A stretch of 64,000 nt of DNA from Amphiscolops sp. MND2022 (lineage: Eukaryota), in the NCBI GenBank assembly GCA_964187785.1, contig OZ076409.1, forward strand, positions 85,438,001-85,502,000. The letters run 5' to 3'. A program made the translations under genes and the position numbers. This document shows positions 37,101 through 46,329 of the stretch, piece by piece. Within the stretch, counting starts at the first letter, position 1; each line of letters opens with the position of its first letter. The notes under the pieces are model-generated. The model saw only the letters and a program-made list of their open reading frames with translations, was not told where the DNA came from and searched no databases.

Positions 37101-40095
37101 GCCTCACTTTCCCAGGTTTGTTTGGATTTTCCACTGGATGATGTGGTACATACCACTGTCTTTCGAATTTTGTAGCTTCTAACTCTTCTGGCTTCAGGAT
37201 TCTGACGAATCCCTTTTCAACGTCTACTTTGATAGAGTCTTGATAGAGTTTCTTCAACTCCGGTTTCTTTTCAAGTCTATACTCCAACGATTTCATTTGG
37301 CTTAATGCAGAAGAGTAATTGTTCGGCAAGAAGGGGTCACTTCTTTTCCAGAGAAGACCGACTTCATATCTTTCGCCATCAAACTTTGTGGTTTGTTCTA
37401 GCATCTGCAAGGCTTTCTCATCTTCCTTGGACCTTCCAGATACATCGCAGCGAGATGCGTAGGATTCTATGTCCCACCACGTTTTTATCTGTTCTGCCAG
37501 TGCATCATCTTTAGAAGCTGTTACGCAAGATGCAGTCATCTGCACAGCTTCTTGTTGTGGAAGTGGTCCACAGAGGGTCCATCCAAGTTTCGTTTTCACC
37601 GCCCACGGCTCACCATTCGTGCCGCTTTTATATTCCTCAGGCCGATGTATAGGGTAGCAGTTTTGCCCCAATATCATTTTAACATCCTTTAGTTTCAATG
37701 TTTCTTCGCTTAGAACCGACAAATGAGGATAGGCATGCTTGAGCTCTCGATAGTTGTAGATCTTTGATCCGGCGTCTATGTTTGGGTGCGTGTAGACCGT
37801 CATGTGGTGTGTGTCGTTCCTTGCATTGCCACGAATTCCCACGGTGAGTCGTTCACATTTCACTTCATTTGTCCCATGTATTCCAGCAACACTCAGATCA
37901 ACTTCTTCACCGTGAGCATTTAACTTGTTGGCTAATTCCTTGTCTATGAACGATAGACTTGCTTCAGAGTCACACAACGCCAAGGTCGATTCTTGCCTTT
38001 TCCCAACTTGAATGATGACAGGTATAACTGGCAGAATTCCACTGCTCTTCAGTGAGCAAAATGCTGAATTTGCCTCCGCTTTCTGCTGTGGGCCTTCCGA
38101 TCCACTTTCTTTCTGCCGTTCATTTGCCTCGCGATGTAGCAGTCGATGGTGCCGCTTGTTACAACCTTTAACTCCACACGCTTTGTATGTGCAGTCTTTC
38201 ACTACATGTTTCCCAGCCAAACAACAAAAGCAGAGTTTCAGCTCTTTGACTTTCTCGTATCGCGCTTGACATGTCATCTTCAGAAACTTCTCGCATTTCC
38301 ACAAAGGGTGTTTACCATCTTTCAAAGGACAATCATGACCAGTCTTCTTGTCGGCACTATCGTCAGCGAAGGTTGACAATGTAGAGTTCTTTGGCTTGTC
38401 TTTACTTGCCCATTTCGGTTTGTCCGCGTTTGTATTGCTTGTCATGAGAACGTCTTCCTGAACAGCCGCTACTTCTTGCAACCATGCACTGAACGCTTCA
38501 AGACCCATGTAGTAGTTAGCATTTTGTCTCGCGTAAGTTAACCATTTCGTCTTCATGTTCATTGGCAGTTTTCTGCTAGCACTGCTCAAGACGCCTTCTG
38601 ATTGCAAATCTCCAACATAGTTCATCTGCGTCAGAACTTGTACACAGCTTGAAACTATTCTCGAATATTTGACTAATGCTACAGAGTCATACGCTTTGAC
38701 GGGTGGAAAGGTATATATGCGCCTTAGCTGTGCGTTGACCACCACTTGTGGTCTTCCAAAGTGCGCAACCAATGTGTTCCAAGCAGTATCATACATTTCT
38801 CCGGTGTAGCCTAGTCCGGCTATAACTTCTTTTGCTTTCCCAGTGACCAACGTTTTGAGATGGTTCATCTTTAAGCTGGCGTCGATGTTGGCAGCGTGAA
38901 CGGTTGACAGAAACAAGCCTGACCACTCAGGCCATTCCAAAGGGTCGCCTGAGAATTCTGCTAACTTCAATTTCGGTAGACTGGCTGGTAGACTCACGTT
39001 CCCGATTGTTGCGGGTCCGAAATGACTGTGTGTGGGTGCAGTGAAGCTCATTGGGGGTGCCACGTGTGGCGATACCGTATCGTTTCTCATCTTGGTATTC
39101 GTTGCTGGCTGATTCGGCAATAAACTGTTTCCAAACTGAACATTTTGTGGTGCGGTCCTCTTCAGCGTTACAGGAGCTACTTTCGGGATAAAGACATTAC
39201 CCGAGTTGCCCACGTTTGCTACTGCTGGCTGTGCCATATTAGCAGCTGGTTGAAGCAATCTCGTTGTATGTGGAAATGCACCAGATTGTGGCTGAATAGG
39301 TTCGCTGGCTAGTGCGATTCTGGATATATCATTCTCATTCTTCGTTAGCTTGTCGTCAACTTCGATTTCATTCAGCCAAGAAGGTACCTTTTCAAAGGGA
39401 TCGCTGTGCAGGGGTATTGGGGAGACGCTTTGCAAACTTGTACTTGCTCGGCTACTCCCTGCCCGGGCTATTTCCATTTCCTTTTCAGAAATTCTTTTAG
39501 CCCTCTCCTTTTCTTCTTCGAGTTTAGCGATCTCTAGTTCTTCGGCTAGTCTCCTCATGTTCATCTCCTCTTGTTTCCTTCGGATCTCTGCTTCGCGTTT
39601 CTTAGCGGCTAGTTGTTCATCGATTTCTTCTTGTTTCTTCATTGCTTCTAGTTCTAGGAGCATCACTCGCTTTGTAGTAGTTGACTTTGAACTAACTGAA
39701 GTCCTGTTACCCTTCGAATGTGCCTTGCTTGCACACTGATCTCTTCCTTCGGGTACTGAATTCACCTCATCAACACAACGATTCACAAACGAATTGGGTC
39801 CAATGGCACCCTTTGCCGTTTCTTCATTCGCATCCTTCTGGGGGGAAGTGTCGCGGGACTTTAATTGTTGTTCCTGCCACTCCGCCCTGGCACGGGCTAT
39901 GATTCCCTCCATACGGTGTAACTCACTGTAGATTGAAGCGTCCCCAGTGTGTTTCAACAACTCATCCATCTCGGCCACAATTTCATCTCTCCTTTTGAGG
40001 GTTTCTTCGTTTGTTTCTACCAAAGCTTTGTAATCCTCTGAGTTGCAAAGAGTATCCCGATTTTTATTGATTTCATCTTCGTTTTTCTGAAGCAT
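34147..40095 (-). CDS. BEL/Pao Gag-Pol polyprotein (zinc knuckles, protease, RT, RNase H, integrase)
   Basis: Three gag Cys/His knuckles, LCDSEAS protease, YMDD, FSDAS, HHCC, and GVDYFGP/SDNGTNF/WERLV DDE motifs. 1982 aa, ending inside the 3' LTR. Confidence 0.95.
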   Translation of the reverse strand: MLQKNEDEINKNRDTLCNSEDYKALVETNEETLKRRDEIVAEMDELLKHTGDASIYSELHRMEGIIARARAEWQEQQLKSRDTSPQKDANEETAKGAIGPNSFVNRCVDEVNSVPEGRDQCASKAHSKGNRTSVSSKSTTTKRVMLLELEAMKKQEEIDEQLAAKKREAEIRRKQEEMNMRRLAEELEIAKLEEEKERAKRISEKEMEIARAGSSRASTSLQSVSPIPLHSDPFEKVPSWLNEIEVDDKLTKNENDISRIALASEPIQPQSGAFPHTTRLLQPAANMAQPAVANVGNSGNVFIPKVAPVTLKRTAPQNVQFGNSLLPNQPATNTKMRNDTVSPHVAPPMSFTAPTHSHFGPATIGNVSLPASLPKLKLAEFSGDPLEWPEWSGLFLSTVHAANIDASLKMNHLKTLVTGKAKEVIAGLGYTGEMYDTAWNTLVAHFGRPQVVVNAQLRRIYTFPPVKAYDSVALVKYSRIVSSCVQVLTQMNYVGDLQSEGVLSSASRKLPMNMKTKWLTYARQNANYYMGLEAFSAWLQEVAAVQEDVLMTSNTNADKPKWASKDKPKNSTLSTFADDSADKKTGHDCPLKDGKHPLWKCEKFLKMTCQARYEKVKELKLCFCCLAGKHVVKDCTYKACGVKGCNKRHHRLLHREANERQKESGSEGPQQKAEANSAFCSLKSSGILPVIPVIIQVGKRQESTLALCDSEASLSFIDKELANKLNAHGEEVDLSVAGIHGTNEVKCERLTVGIRGNARNDTHHMTVYTHPNIDAGSKIYNYRELKHAYPHLSVLSEETLKLKDVKMILGQNCYPIHRPEEYKSGTNGEPWAVKTKLGWTLCGPLPQQEAVQMTASCVTASKDDALAEQIKTWWDIESYASRCDVSGRSKEDEKALQMLEQTTKFDGERYEVGLLWKRSDPFLPNNYSSALSQMKSLEYRLEKKPELKKLYQDSIKVDVEKGFVRILKPEELEATKFERQWYVPHHPVENPNKPGKVRRVCNAASKFRGISLNDNLLTGPDLLQNLIGIIFRFREQKVAITADIEAMFLQVKVPPEDCKVLRFLWRDNHNEPVKVYEYGRHIFGAKSSPTCANYALQQVARDNAQKSPQITKLIKRNFYMDDFVKSVSSAEQAIEIYQLLRAMLARGGFQLTKWISNCEQTLTSIDEADKSPSSSKTFEAEPTSPSILGLQWNVDADNLEVCRGMQKEIPEKITQRAVLSHVSAVFDPLGMVSPFTIRMRLLLKSIWKENGQSWDKELNEEDQHDFKKWVSEMIHVNRMVLKRTYFKSGVNKVDLHIFSDASLEAMCMVAYLRNQDNGEVTFVIGKCRVAPIRNMTVAKLEMQAAVFGVRLRELILEEHDIEVDRIVHWTDSTTVLQWLHASNNKQPVFVANRVAEILENSTIDQWRHVEGKLNPADIGTRGMTVEALKESEWLTGPVWLTETEDAWPKAPEKLQFSIREEPEPVMEAAVMEPAFEWERFSSFKKMIRVLSYCLKWRKKKSEGILTVEELNAAKLAVLKRCQKESFHDAYEKIYKGQPLSASDQLNKLSPFLDENELLRLQGRLQHSKSSYEIKHPILLSAKHYVVIKLIEDAHQANFHEGTEYVRSVLRQEYWIIGLRNALRSVKAKCVKCRKQQAAVSQPFMADLPRERLQERVFPFTNTGVDYFGPFEVKFMRKTMKRWCCLFTCLTTRAVHIEVVPSLEADTCLTAITRFIARRGKPATILSDNGTNFVGAAKEMRDCINAWNQSDIETSLAQKDIKWKFNPPGAPHFGGIWERLVRSCKKAMIAVLDGRSLTDDVLITTMCLVEQTLNARPLTSVSDDPDDLEALTPNHFLMGRANSATPFLPDAQRYTDLRRVFRVSQAYSDMIWTTWTKEYLPEWNVRNKWNKDDVRQLKVNDLVWVVDENVKRSNYKMARVLEVQEGSDGRVRSATVLTKDGKLKRPVVKLAPLFYESVFREKNRAGDVGASRLQEQKLKFERD
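34206..34220 (-). promoter_or_regulatory. Polypurine tract
   Basis: GGGAGAAAAACAGGG just upstream of the 3' LTR on the minus strand. Confidence 0.7.
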
Positions 40096-40134
40096 TTGAT
40101 CACATTTCTCTTTGGAGTTTTGAAGTTGTAGGAA

Positions 40135-40530
40135 CTACTTCAACTGCCCTTCATTCTTTAGGCTCCTCATCATTGTGAGCATCTGAGCAATGTTTTTATG
40201 TCGTGCTTCCAAGGAGTCTAATTCATTCCGATATCTGCAGAAACGGTCGCCTTTACTATCCGACCATTCTGCCTGATACTTGGCTTTCAAGAGTGCTGTG
40301 TTCGCACTGACGAGTCTCTTCCATCTGAGCAGTAAGTCTTGTCGGTTCGGTAGAAGGTCTGCGAGTTTCTCCTTCGTCGTGTCTGCTTTGCGTAGCTCAG
40401 AATGTATTTCATCCGTTTTTGTCTCGAAGTTTTGAATTGCTCTCATGTTGCTCTCCCATTGTGGCTTGTCGATAGAACTCTTCAAATAGTTGTCAATTCT
40501 TTTGTATTCAATTTTCTTAGGTTCAGCCAT
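40135..40530 (-). CDS. N-terminal Gag segment, in frame with the main ORF across one TAG
   Basis: Same frame as 34147-40095. The 13 intervening codons (FLQLQNSKEKCDQ) are open. Confidence 0.75.
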   Translation of the reverse strand: MAEPKKIEYKRIDNYLKSSIDKPQWESNMRAIQNFETKTDEIHSELRKADTTKEKLADLLPNRQDLLLRWKRLVSANTALLKAKYQAEWSDSKGDRFCRYRNELDSLEARHKNIAQMLTMMRSLKNEGQLK

Positions 40531-40540
40531 TTTGAACTAG

Positions 40541-40893
40541 CCCAAAGCCCCAGAGTACACCAATCGAACCAAGTAGACCAAATATTCTACTGCAAATACA
40601 ACTCCCAACAAGCCGATGAAGTAGCCCGAAACCCCAGAGTACACTTTATACCCACAGGTCCCAGCAATCCCACTTCGGATACAATACCCCAGAGTCTGCA
40701 GAAGTACCCCAAGCCCCAGAGTACACCAATCGAACCAAGTAGACCAAATATTGTACTGCAAATACAACTCCCAACAAGCCGATGAAGTAGCCCGAAACCC
40801 CAGAGTACACTTTATACCCACAGGTCCCAGCAATCCCACTTCGGATACAATACCCCAGAGTCTGCAGAAGTAGCCCAAGCCCCAGAGTACACA
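40541..40893. repeat. 166-bp tandem repeat (~2.1 copies) in the BEL 5' leader
   Basis: CAGAGTACAC unit anchors at 40551, 40717 and 40883. Confidence 0.9.
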
Positions 40894-41098
40894 ATTCACC
40901 CAGTAGAGCCCAAATGAGACCACTGTGCAGCACACTGTTTCGTATAGATCACCAACAGTCGTCGTTGTCGTTCACTGTACACTTTCACTTGTACGAGCAG
41001 TGCTTCCTGGATATCTAGCAATTGGATGATCTTCCAGTTGTCCGCCCAATTGATGATGTCCGCCTCAAAATGATGATGTCCGCCCCAAAATGATGATG

Positions 41099-41115
41099 TC
41101 CGGGTCGGCGGACCA
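41099..41115 (-). promoter_or_regulatory. Primer-binding site
   Basis: TGGTCCGCCGACCCGGA, 2 nt inside the 5' LTR. It resembles but does not exactly match a typical tRNA-Tyr-type PBS. Confidence 0.75.
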
Positions 41116-41117
41116 AA

Positions 41118-42017
41118 TGTAACGGCTGCTTGATCCCTTCAATTGACCAAACTTTACGCCGCCCTGAATTCGGTGCTCGGCACTGCGGATCGTTACCGAA
41201 CACTGCTTGCTTCTTAGGTTAAAAAGGACTGTATCTTGACTTAATAGGATCCAATGATCCCGAATTGCACTTCTTCCTTGTCTCTTAACGCGTCCAACTC
41301 TCCACAGGTTGAGAGTAACTAACTTAGTCGCCCTTAGTCTTTGGCGAAAAGTCGAAAAGAGGTGAAGAAATGAATTGAGAATTGAAATGGTCCTAAGACC
41401 CAACTTGACTACAGCTATTCAGTCGTTAAAATCTCTCTCTAATAATGGTATACATGTGGTTTACAATTCTACAGTAAATATAGCACAAATATCAGATGAA
41501 ATATGTGGTATAAATAAATGACATTTAAAGCATAAAATGAAGTTATTGGCTAAGTAAACAAACAATGTGGTGGTTTTGGCATGTTGGTCAGGTGGGTTAG
41601 AAAGTATGTTTACACAATGTAAATATCATTAATTTCAACAGAGTTACATTTCCTTCAAGGTCACATGAGAAAATCATATAATAATTAATACATCAAAAAT
41701 TGGGTAATTCATGGGGTCCGACCTAGGTCACTTTGGGTGTTAATTGCTCGGAACCCAGGGGAGATACGGGGTAGGTTGTTAAGAGTGAAAAGTTAGTGAA
41801 TCACCACCGCTATATGTGTGCCAAGTTTCAAGGTGATTGAATGAGTGGTTTACCGGGACGGGGGGGGGGTGGCCCTTTTTTACATAGGGTCATTTTTGCT
41901 TAGACTTGTATTTTTCCATCTAAAATCTTGATAAATTTTCTAAGTGTTTGGAGTTATAAGTTTCATCAGTCACGTTCGAATTTGAGTTTCTGCTCTTGCA
42001 ATCGACTGGCGCCAACA
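41118..42017 (-). repeat. 5' LTR (900 bp)
   Basis: Direct repeat of 33303-34198. Confidence 0.97.
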
Positions 42018-42126
42018 AACAGTTTCAGTTATTTTTTGAATATAACAGGAACTAAAATTTAAAATCCGGATATGAACAACTTTCACAAACAATTTTTTCA
42101 CAGAAAAAATTATTTCATGCAAAAAT

Positions 42127-43841
42127 ATGCCCCGTTTAACTATTTCCGAACGTAACCAAACTATTGGAATGTTGAATTCTAACGTTAATTTTTCCATTAT
42201 TTCTTCTATTTTCAATTGTTCTGTTAAAACAATTCGCCGTATCAAGTCGAAATACGATCAACATGAATCTGTTGGGTGGGCGGAAATAGGTCGAAGGAAC
42301 GGGATCGAAAATCAGAAATAGTCCAAAAGGGTGGCTGAAAATATCTGGATTTTCTGGTCGAAATTTTTCTGGTCGAAAGGACAGAGGTCGAACCTTTTGA
42401 TCGAATTGCAGGGATCGAATGGAATGCGGTCGAATTTTATCGTCTTTGTTGTATGGCTCGGTCGCTTCGCTCCCTTCGCCAAGTAGCAACATTGAGGCAT
42501 GGCCATATGGCACGTCGCTCCGCTTCGCTTCGCTCCTGCATTCAGGGCACTAGGGGTATGTGAACATATCTGACTACGTTATAAAAATTTCGATCCGAGT
42601 TGTTTCGATCCCATTCAAAAAATTTGGTTTGTCGACCTGAGGACTAACTCTGATTTTCGATCCCGTTCATTCGACCTACTTCCGCCCACCCCTCATGTCG
42701 GCATACCAAATTTTTGAATGGGATCGAAACAACTCGGATCGATTTTTTTATAACGTAGTCAGATATGTTCACATACCACTAGTGCCCTGAATGCAGGAGC
42801 GAAGCGAAGCGGAGCGACGTGCCATATGGCCATGCCTCAATGTTGCTACTTGGCGAAGGTAGCGAAGCGACCGAGCCATACAACAAATACAATAAAAGTC
42901 GACCGCATTCCATTTGATCCCTGCAATTCGATCAAAAGGTTCGACCTCTGTCCTTTCGACCAGAAAAAATAGACCTATTTACAGCCACCCGATCTGTTGA
43001 AGATCTTCCACGATCCGGAAGACCATCCGTAACAACAGAAAGAGAAAAGAGACGTATTGGCAGAAGCCACAAAAGGAACCCATTTCTGACAGCTGCTGAA
43101 ACATCTCGCGTCGAAGGAATTTCGGAGCGAACTGTACGGCGCTTGTTGAGAAGCTCTGGAATTCACTGTAGGCGGCGTCTGAGAGGGCCAATTCTCACTA
43201 GTCGCCACAGACAAGCGAGGCTGAGATGGCCTATATCAAAGTCATCATGGACTGTTGAAGATTGGGCCAAAATTTTGTTCTCAGACGAATCACTCTTTTC
43301 TTTGAATGCTGATTCAAGAAGCGTGCGACTATGGAGAGCCACCCTTTATTCTAGAAGGAATGTCCACGAATTTGATCGATTTCGATCAAAAGGTCTTATG
43401 ATCTGGGGAGGCATTTCGAGAGACCATAAGTCAAACATGGTTCTGGTGGTTGGAACGCTCAATGCCGAGCGGTATATTAGTGATGTGCTCCAGGCAGAAG
43501 TTTTGCCCTTCCTCAGAGAGAACCCCGACGTTTTTGCCTTGCAACAAGATAACGCGCCCGCACATGTGGCATCGTCTACATCATCCTACCTAAGAGACCA
43601 AAATATCCTGCTTCTGTCGTGGCCTCCTTTCAATCCAGACCTCAACCCCATTGAACATGTCTGGGCATGGATGAAAAAGCGGGTGCGACAGAAAAATCCA
43701 CAAAATTTGATGGATTTGGCAGTTGCAATTTTGGAAGTTTGGAGGACCCTACGAGAAGACCTCCTAAAAAAGTTGATTGAGTCGATGCCCAGGCGAATTG
43801 AAGCGTGCATAAGGGCCACAGGAGGCCATACGCGATATTAA
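42127..43841 (+). pseudogene. Tc1 transposase (~329 aa when rejoined), disrupted by a MITE at codon 49
   Basis: 42127-42273 (MPRL...HESV) joins in frame to 42999-43841 (EDLPRSGRP...FSDES...QQDNAPAH...PDLNPIEHVW). There are 34 residues between the second D and the E. Confidence 0.9.
42274..42990. mobile_element. GGGTGG MITE with a second copy (42329-42691) nested in the opposite orientation
   Basis: Ends GGGTGGGCGGAAATAGG and CCTATTTACAGCCACCC, flanked by (GA)ATCTGTT and GATCTGTT. Confidence 0.8.
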
Positions 43842-44411
43842 CCAATTGTTATTTATTTTCGTTATTTTTTACCTGTTTTATCTTAGAATATCTGTTTGGC
43901 ACATTAATTTTGCCGATGAGTGTAATTTCATATTTTCTTGGAATCATTTGGCTTAAACTTTTTGGTAGTAGTCCCATTTTTAGGGGCATTAAAAAGTATG
44001 GAATCAGAATAATTCAAACGATTGAAAATTAGATGAATAATCATGAGAAAATCTTGGTATGCATTGCAGAAACGCTTGAAAAATTAGCTGCAAGAAGAAA
44101 AGAAGGCCCAACGATTCTTCTTGAACTACTCCAAGTTCCAGGCTAAATCTACGGCGTCAAGTTGCAGTAGCTTATTGGGAATTCAATGAGCTCTGTAGAA
44201 GTGTTTCTCACGAGTTGCCAGCAAAAAAGTCGAACGACTAAAGTCGAATTTGAACCGTATAACTAGCGTCGAAGTACCATCGTCGACGGACTTATGTCGA
44301 AGTAATTGAGTCGATGTCATTGCAAATGTAAAATGATCAAACGATGTTTTGGCCGTCGGATATGCCCCATTTCCTCTAGTGCCAAGCGGCCCCTTGGGAC
44401 CGCCTATGTTC

Positions 44412-45923
44412 CGACCGCATTCCATTTGATCCCTGCAATTCGATCAAAAGGTTCGACCTCTGTCCTTTCGACCAGAAAAAATAGACCTATTTACAGCCAC
44501 CCGATCTGTTGAAGATCTTCCACGATCCGGAAGACCATCCGTAACAACAGAAAGAGAAAAGAGACGTATTGGCAGAAGCCACAAAAGGAACCCATTTCTG
44601 ACAGCTGCTGAAACATCTCGCGTCGAAGGAATTTCGGAGCGAACTGTACGGCGCTTGTTGAGAAGCTCTGGAATTCACTGTAGGCGGCGTCTGAGAGGGC
44701 CAATTCTTACTAGTCGCCACAGACAAGCGAGGCTGAGATGGCCTATATCAAAGTCATCATGGACTGTTGAAGATTGGGCCAAAATTTTGTTCTCAGATGA
44801 ATCACTCTTTCTTTTGAATGCTGATTCAAGAAGCGTGCGACTATGGAGAGCCACCCGTTATTCTAGAAGGAATGTCCACGAATTTGATCGATTTCGATCA
44901 AAAGGTCTTATGATCTGGGGAGGCATTTCGAGAGACCATAAGTCAAACATGGTTCTGGTGGTTGGAACGCTCAATGCCGAGCGGTATATTAGTGATGTGC
45001 TCCAGGCAGAAGTTTTGCCCTTCCTCAGAGAGAACCCCGACGTTTTTGCCTTGCAACAAGATAACGCGCCCGCACATGTGGCATCGTCTACATCATCCTA
45101 CCTAAGAGACCAAAATATCCTGCTTCTGTCGTGGCCACCTTTCAATCCAGACCTCAACCCCATTGAACATGTCTGGGCATGGATGAAAAAGCGGGTGCGA
45201 CAGAAAAATCCACAAAATTTGATGGATTTGGCAGTTGCAATTTTGGAAGTTTGGAGGACCCTACGAGAAGACCTCCTAAAAAAGTTGATTGAGTCGATGC
45301 CCAGGCGAATTGAAGCGTGCATAAGGGCCACAGGAGGCCATACGCGATATTAACCAATTGTTATTTATTTTCGTTATTTTTTACCTGTTTTATCTTAGAA
45401 TATCTGTTTGGCACATTAATTTTGCCGATGAGTGTAATTTCATATTTTCTTGGAATCATTTGGCTTAAACTTTTTGGTAGTAGTCCCATTTTTAGGGGCA
45501 TTAAAAAGTATGGAATCAGAATAATTCAAACGATTGAAAATTAGATGAATAATCATGAGAAAATCTCGGTATGCATTGCAGAAACGCTTGAAAAATTAGC
45601 TGCAAGAAGAAAAGAAGGCCCAACGATTCTTCTTGAACTACTCCAAGTTCCAGGCTAAATCTACGGCGTCAAGTTGCAGTAGCTTATTGGGAATTCAATG
45701 AGCTCTGTAGAAGTGTTTCTCACGAGTTGCCAGCAAAAAAGTCGAACGACTAAAGTCGAATTTGAACCGTATAACTAGCGTCGAAGTACCATCGTCGACG
45801 GACTTATGTCGAAGTAATTGAGTCGATGTCATTGCAAATGTAAAATGATCAAACGATGTTTTGGCCGTCGGATATGCCCCATTTCCTCTAGTGCCAAGCG
45901 GCCCCTTGGGACCGCCTATGTTC
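44412..45923 (+). repeat. 1512-bp tandem duplicate of ~42900-44411 (3' Tc1 transposase, 3' TIR and flank)
   Basis: ORF 44655-45353 duplicates 43143-43841 at an offset of 1512, with a few substitutions. TIR end at 45434. Confidence 0.92.
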
Positions 45924-46329
45924 CCATCTTGCTAAACGAGGTCGAACAGGATCAAAGACCTAGCGGGAACAAAGATCGCAAAAATTTCCGACCCGAAGGC
46001 TTCAATCAAGTTCGACCGCTTTCCATTCGATCCCTGCAATTCGATCAAAAGGTTCGACCTCTATCCTTTCGACTACGTTATAAAGATAAATTTGTGTTTT
46101 CAACTAATTGGTTTTAAGTCAAATGAGTTTAAGCCAAGTGACCAATACCCGAGACACTTAGCTTAAAAAAGAATAAGCCAAGTGACCAATTGTATTAAGC
46201 CAAATGACTTTAAGCCTAATGGCATTAAGCCATGTGACCATTTACCCGGCAAACTGGGTTTCGGCAAGTTGTCTTTCGGCAAAATAATGTCCCTAACCCC
46301 ATTTTGTCCTTCAGTTTTTTGTCCACAAG

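Larger units (their letters stand above)
33303..42017 (-). mobile_element. Full-length young BEL/Pao LTR retrotransposon (8715 bp)
   Basis: Two near-identical TG...CA LTRs, 5-bp TSD AACAG (33298-33302 and 42018-42022), PBS, PPT and a gag-pol ORF. Confidence 0.97.
33261..43922 (+). mobile_element. Tc1/mariner DD34E transposon, interrupted by BEL/Pao and by a MITE
   Basis: TA-flanked imperfect 25-bp TIRs (CACTCGCCGGCAAAAGAAATGTCCC vs reverse complement CACTCATCGGCAAAATTAATGTGCC), with the transposase split. Confidence 0.9.

Noticed and set aside
34177..39902. Plus-strand ORFs antisense to BEL gag-pol
   Set aside because: These are shadow ORFs of a long coding frame.
40402..40935. ORFs with internal repeats in the BEL leader
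   Set aside because: They result from the 166-bp tandem repeat. The period is not a multiple of 3 and no domain is recognisable.
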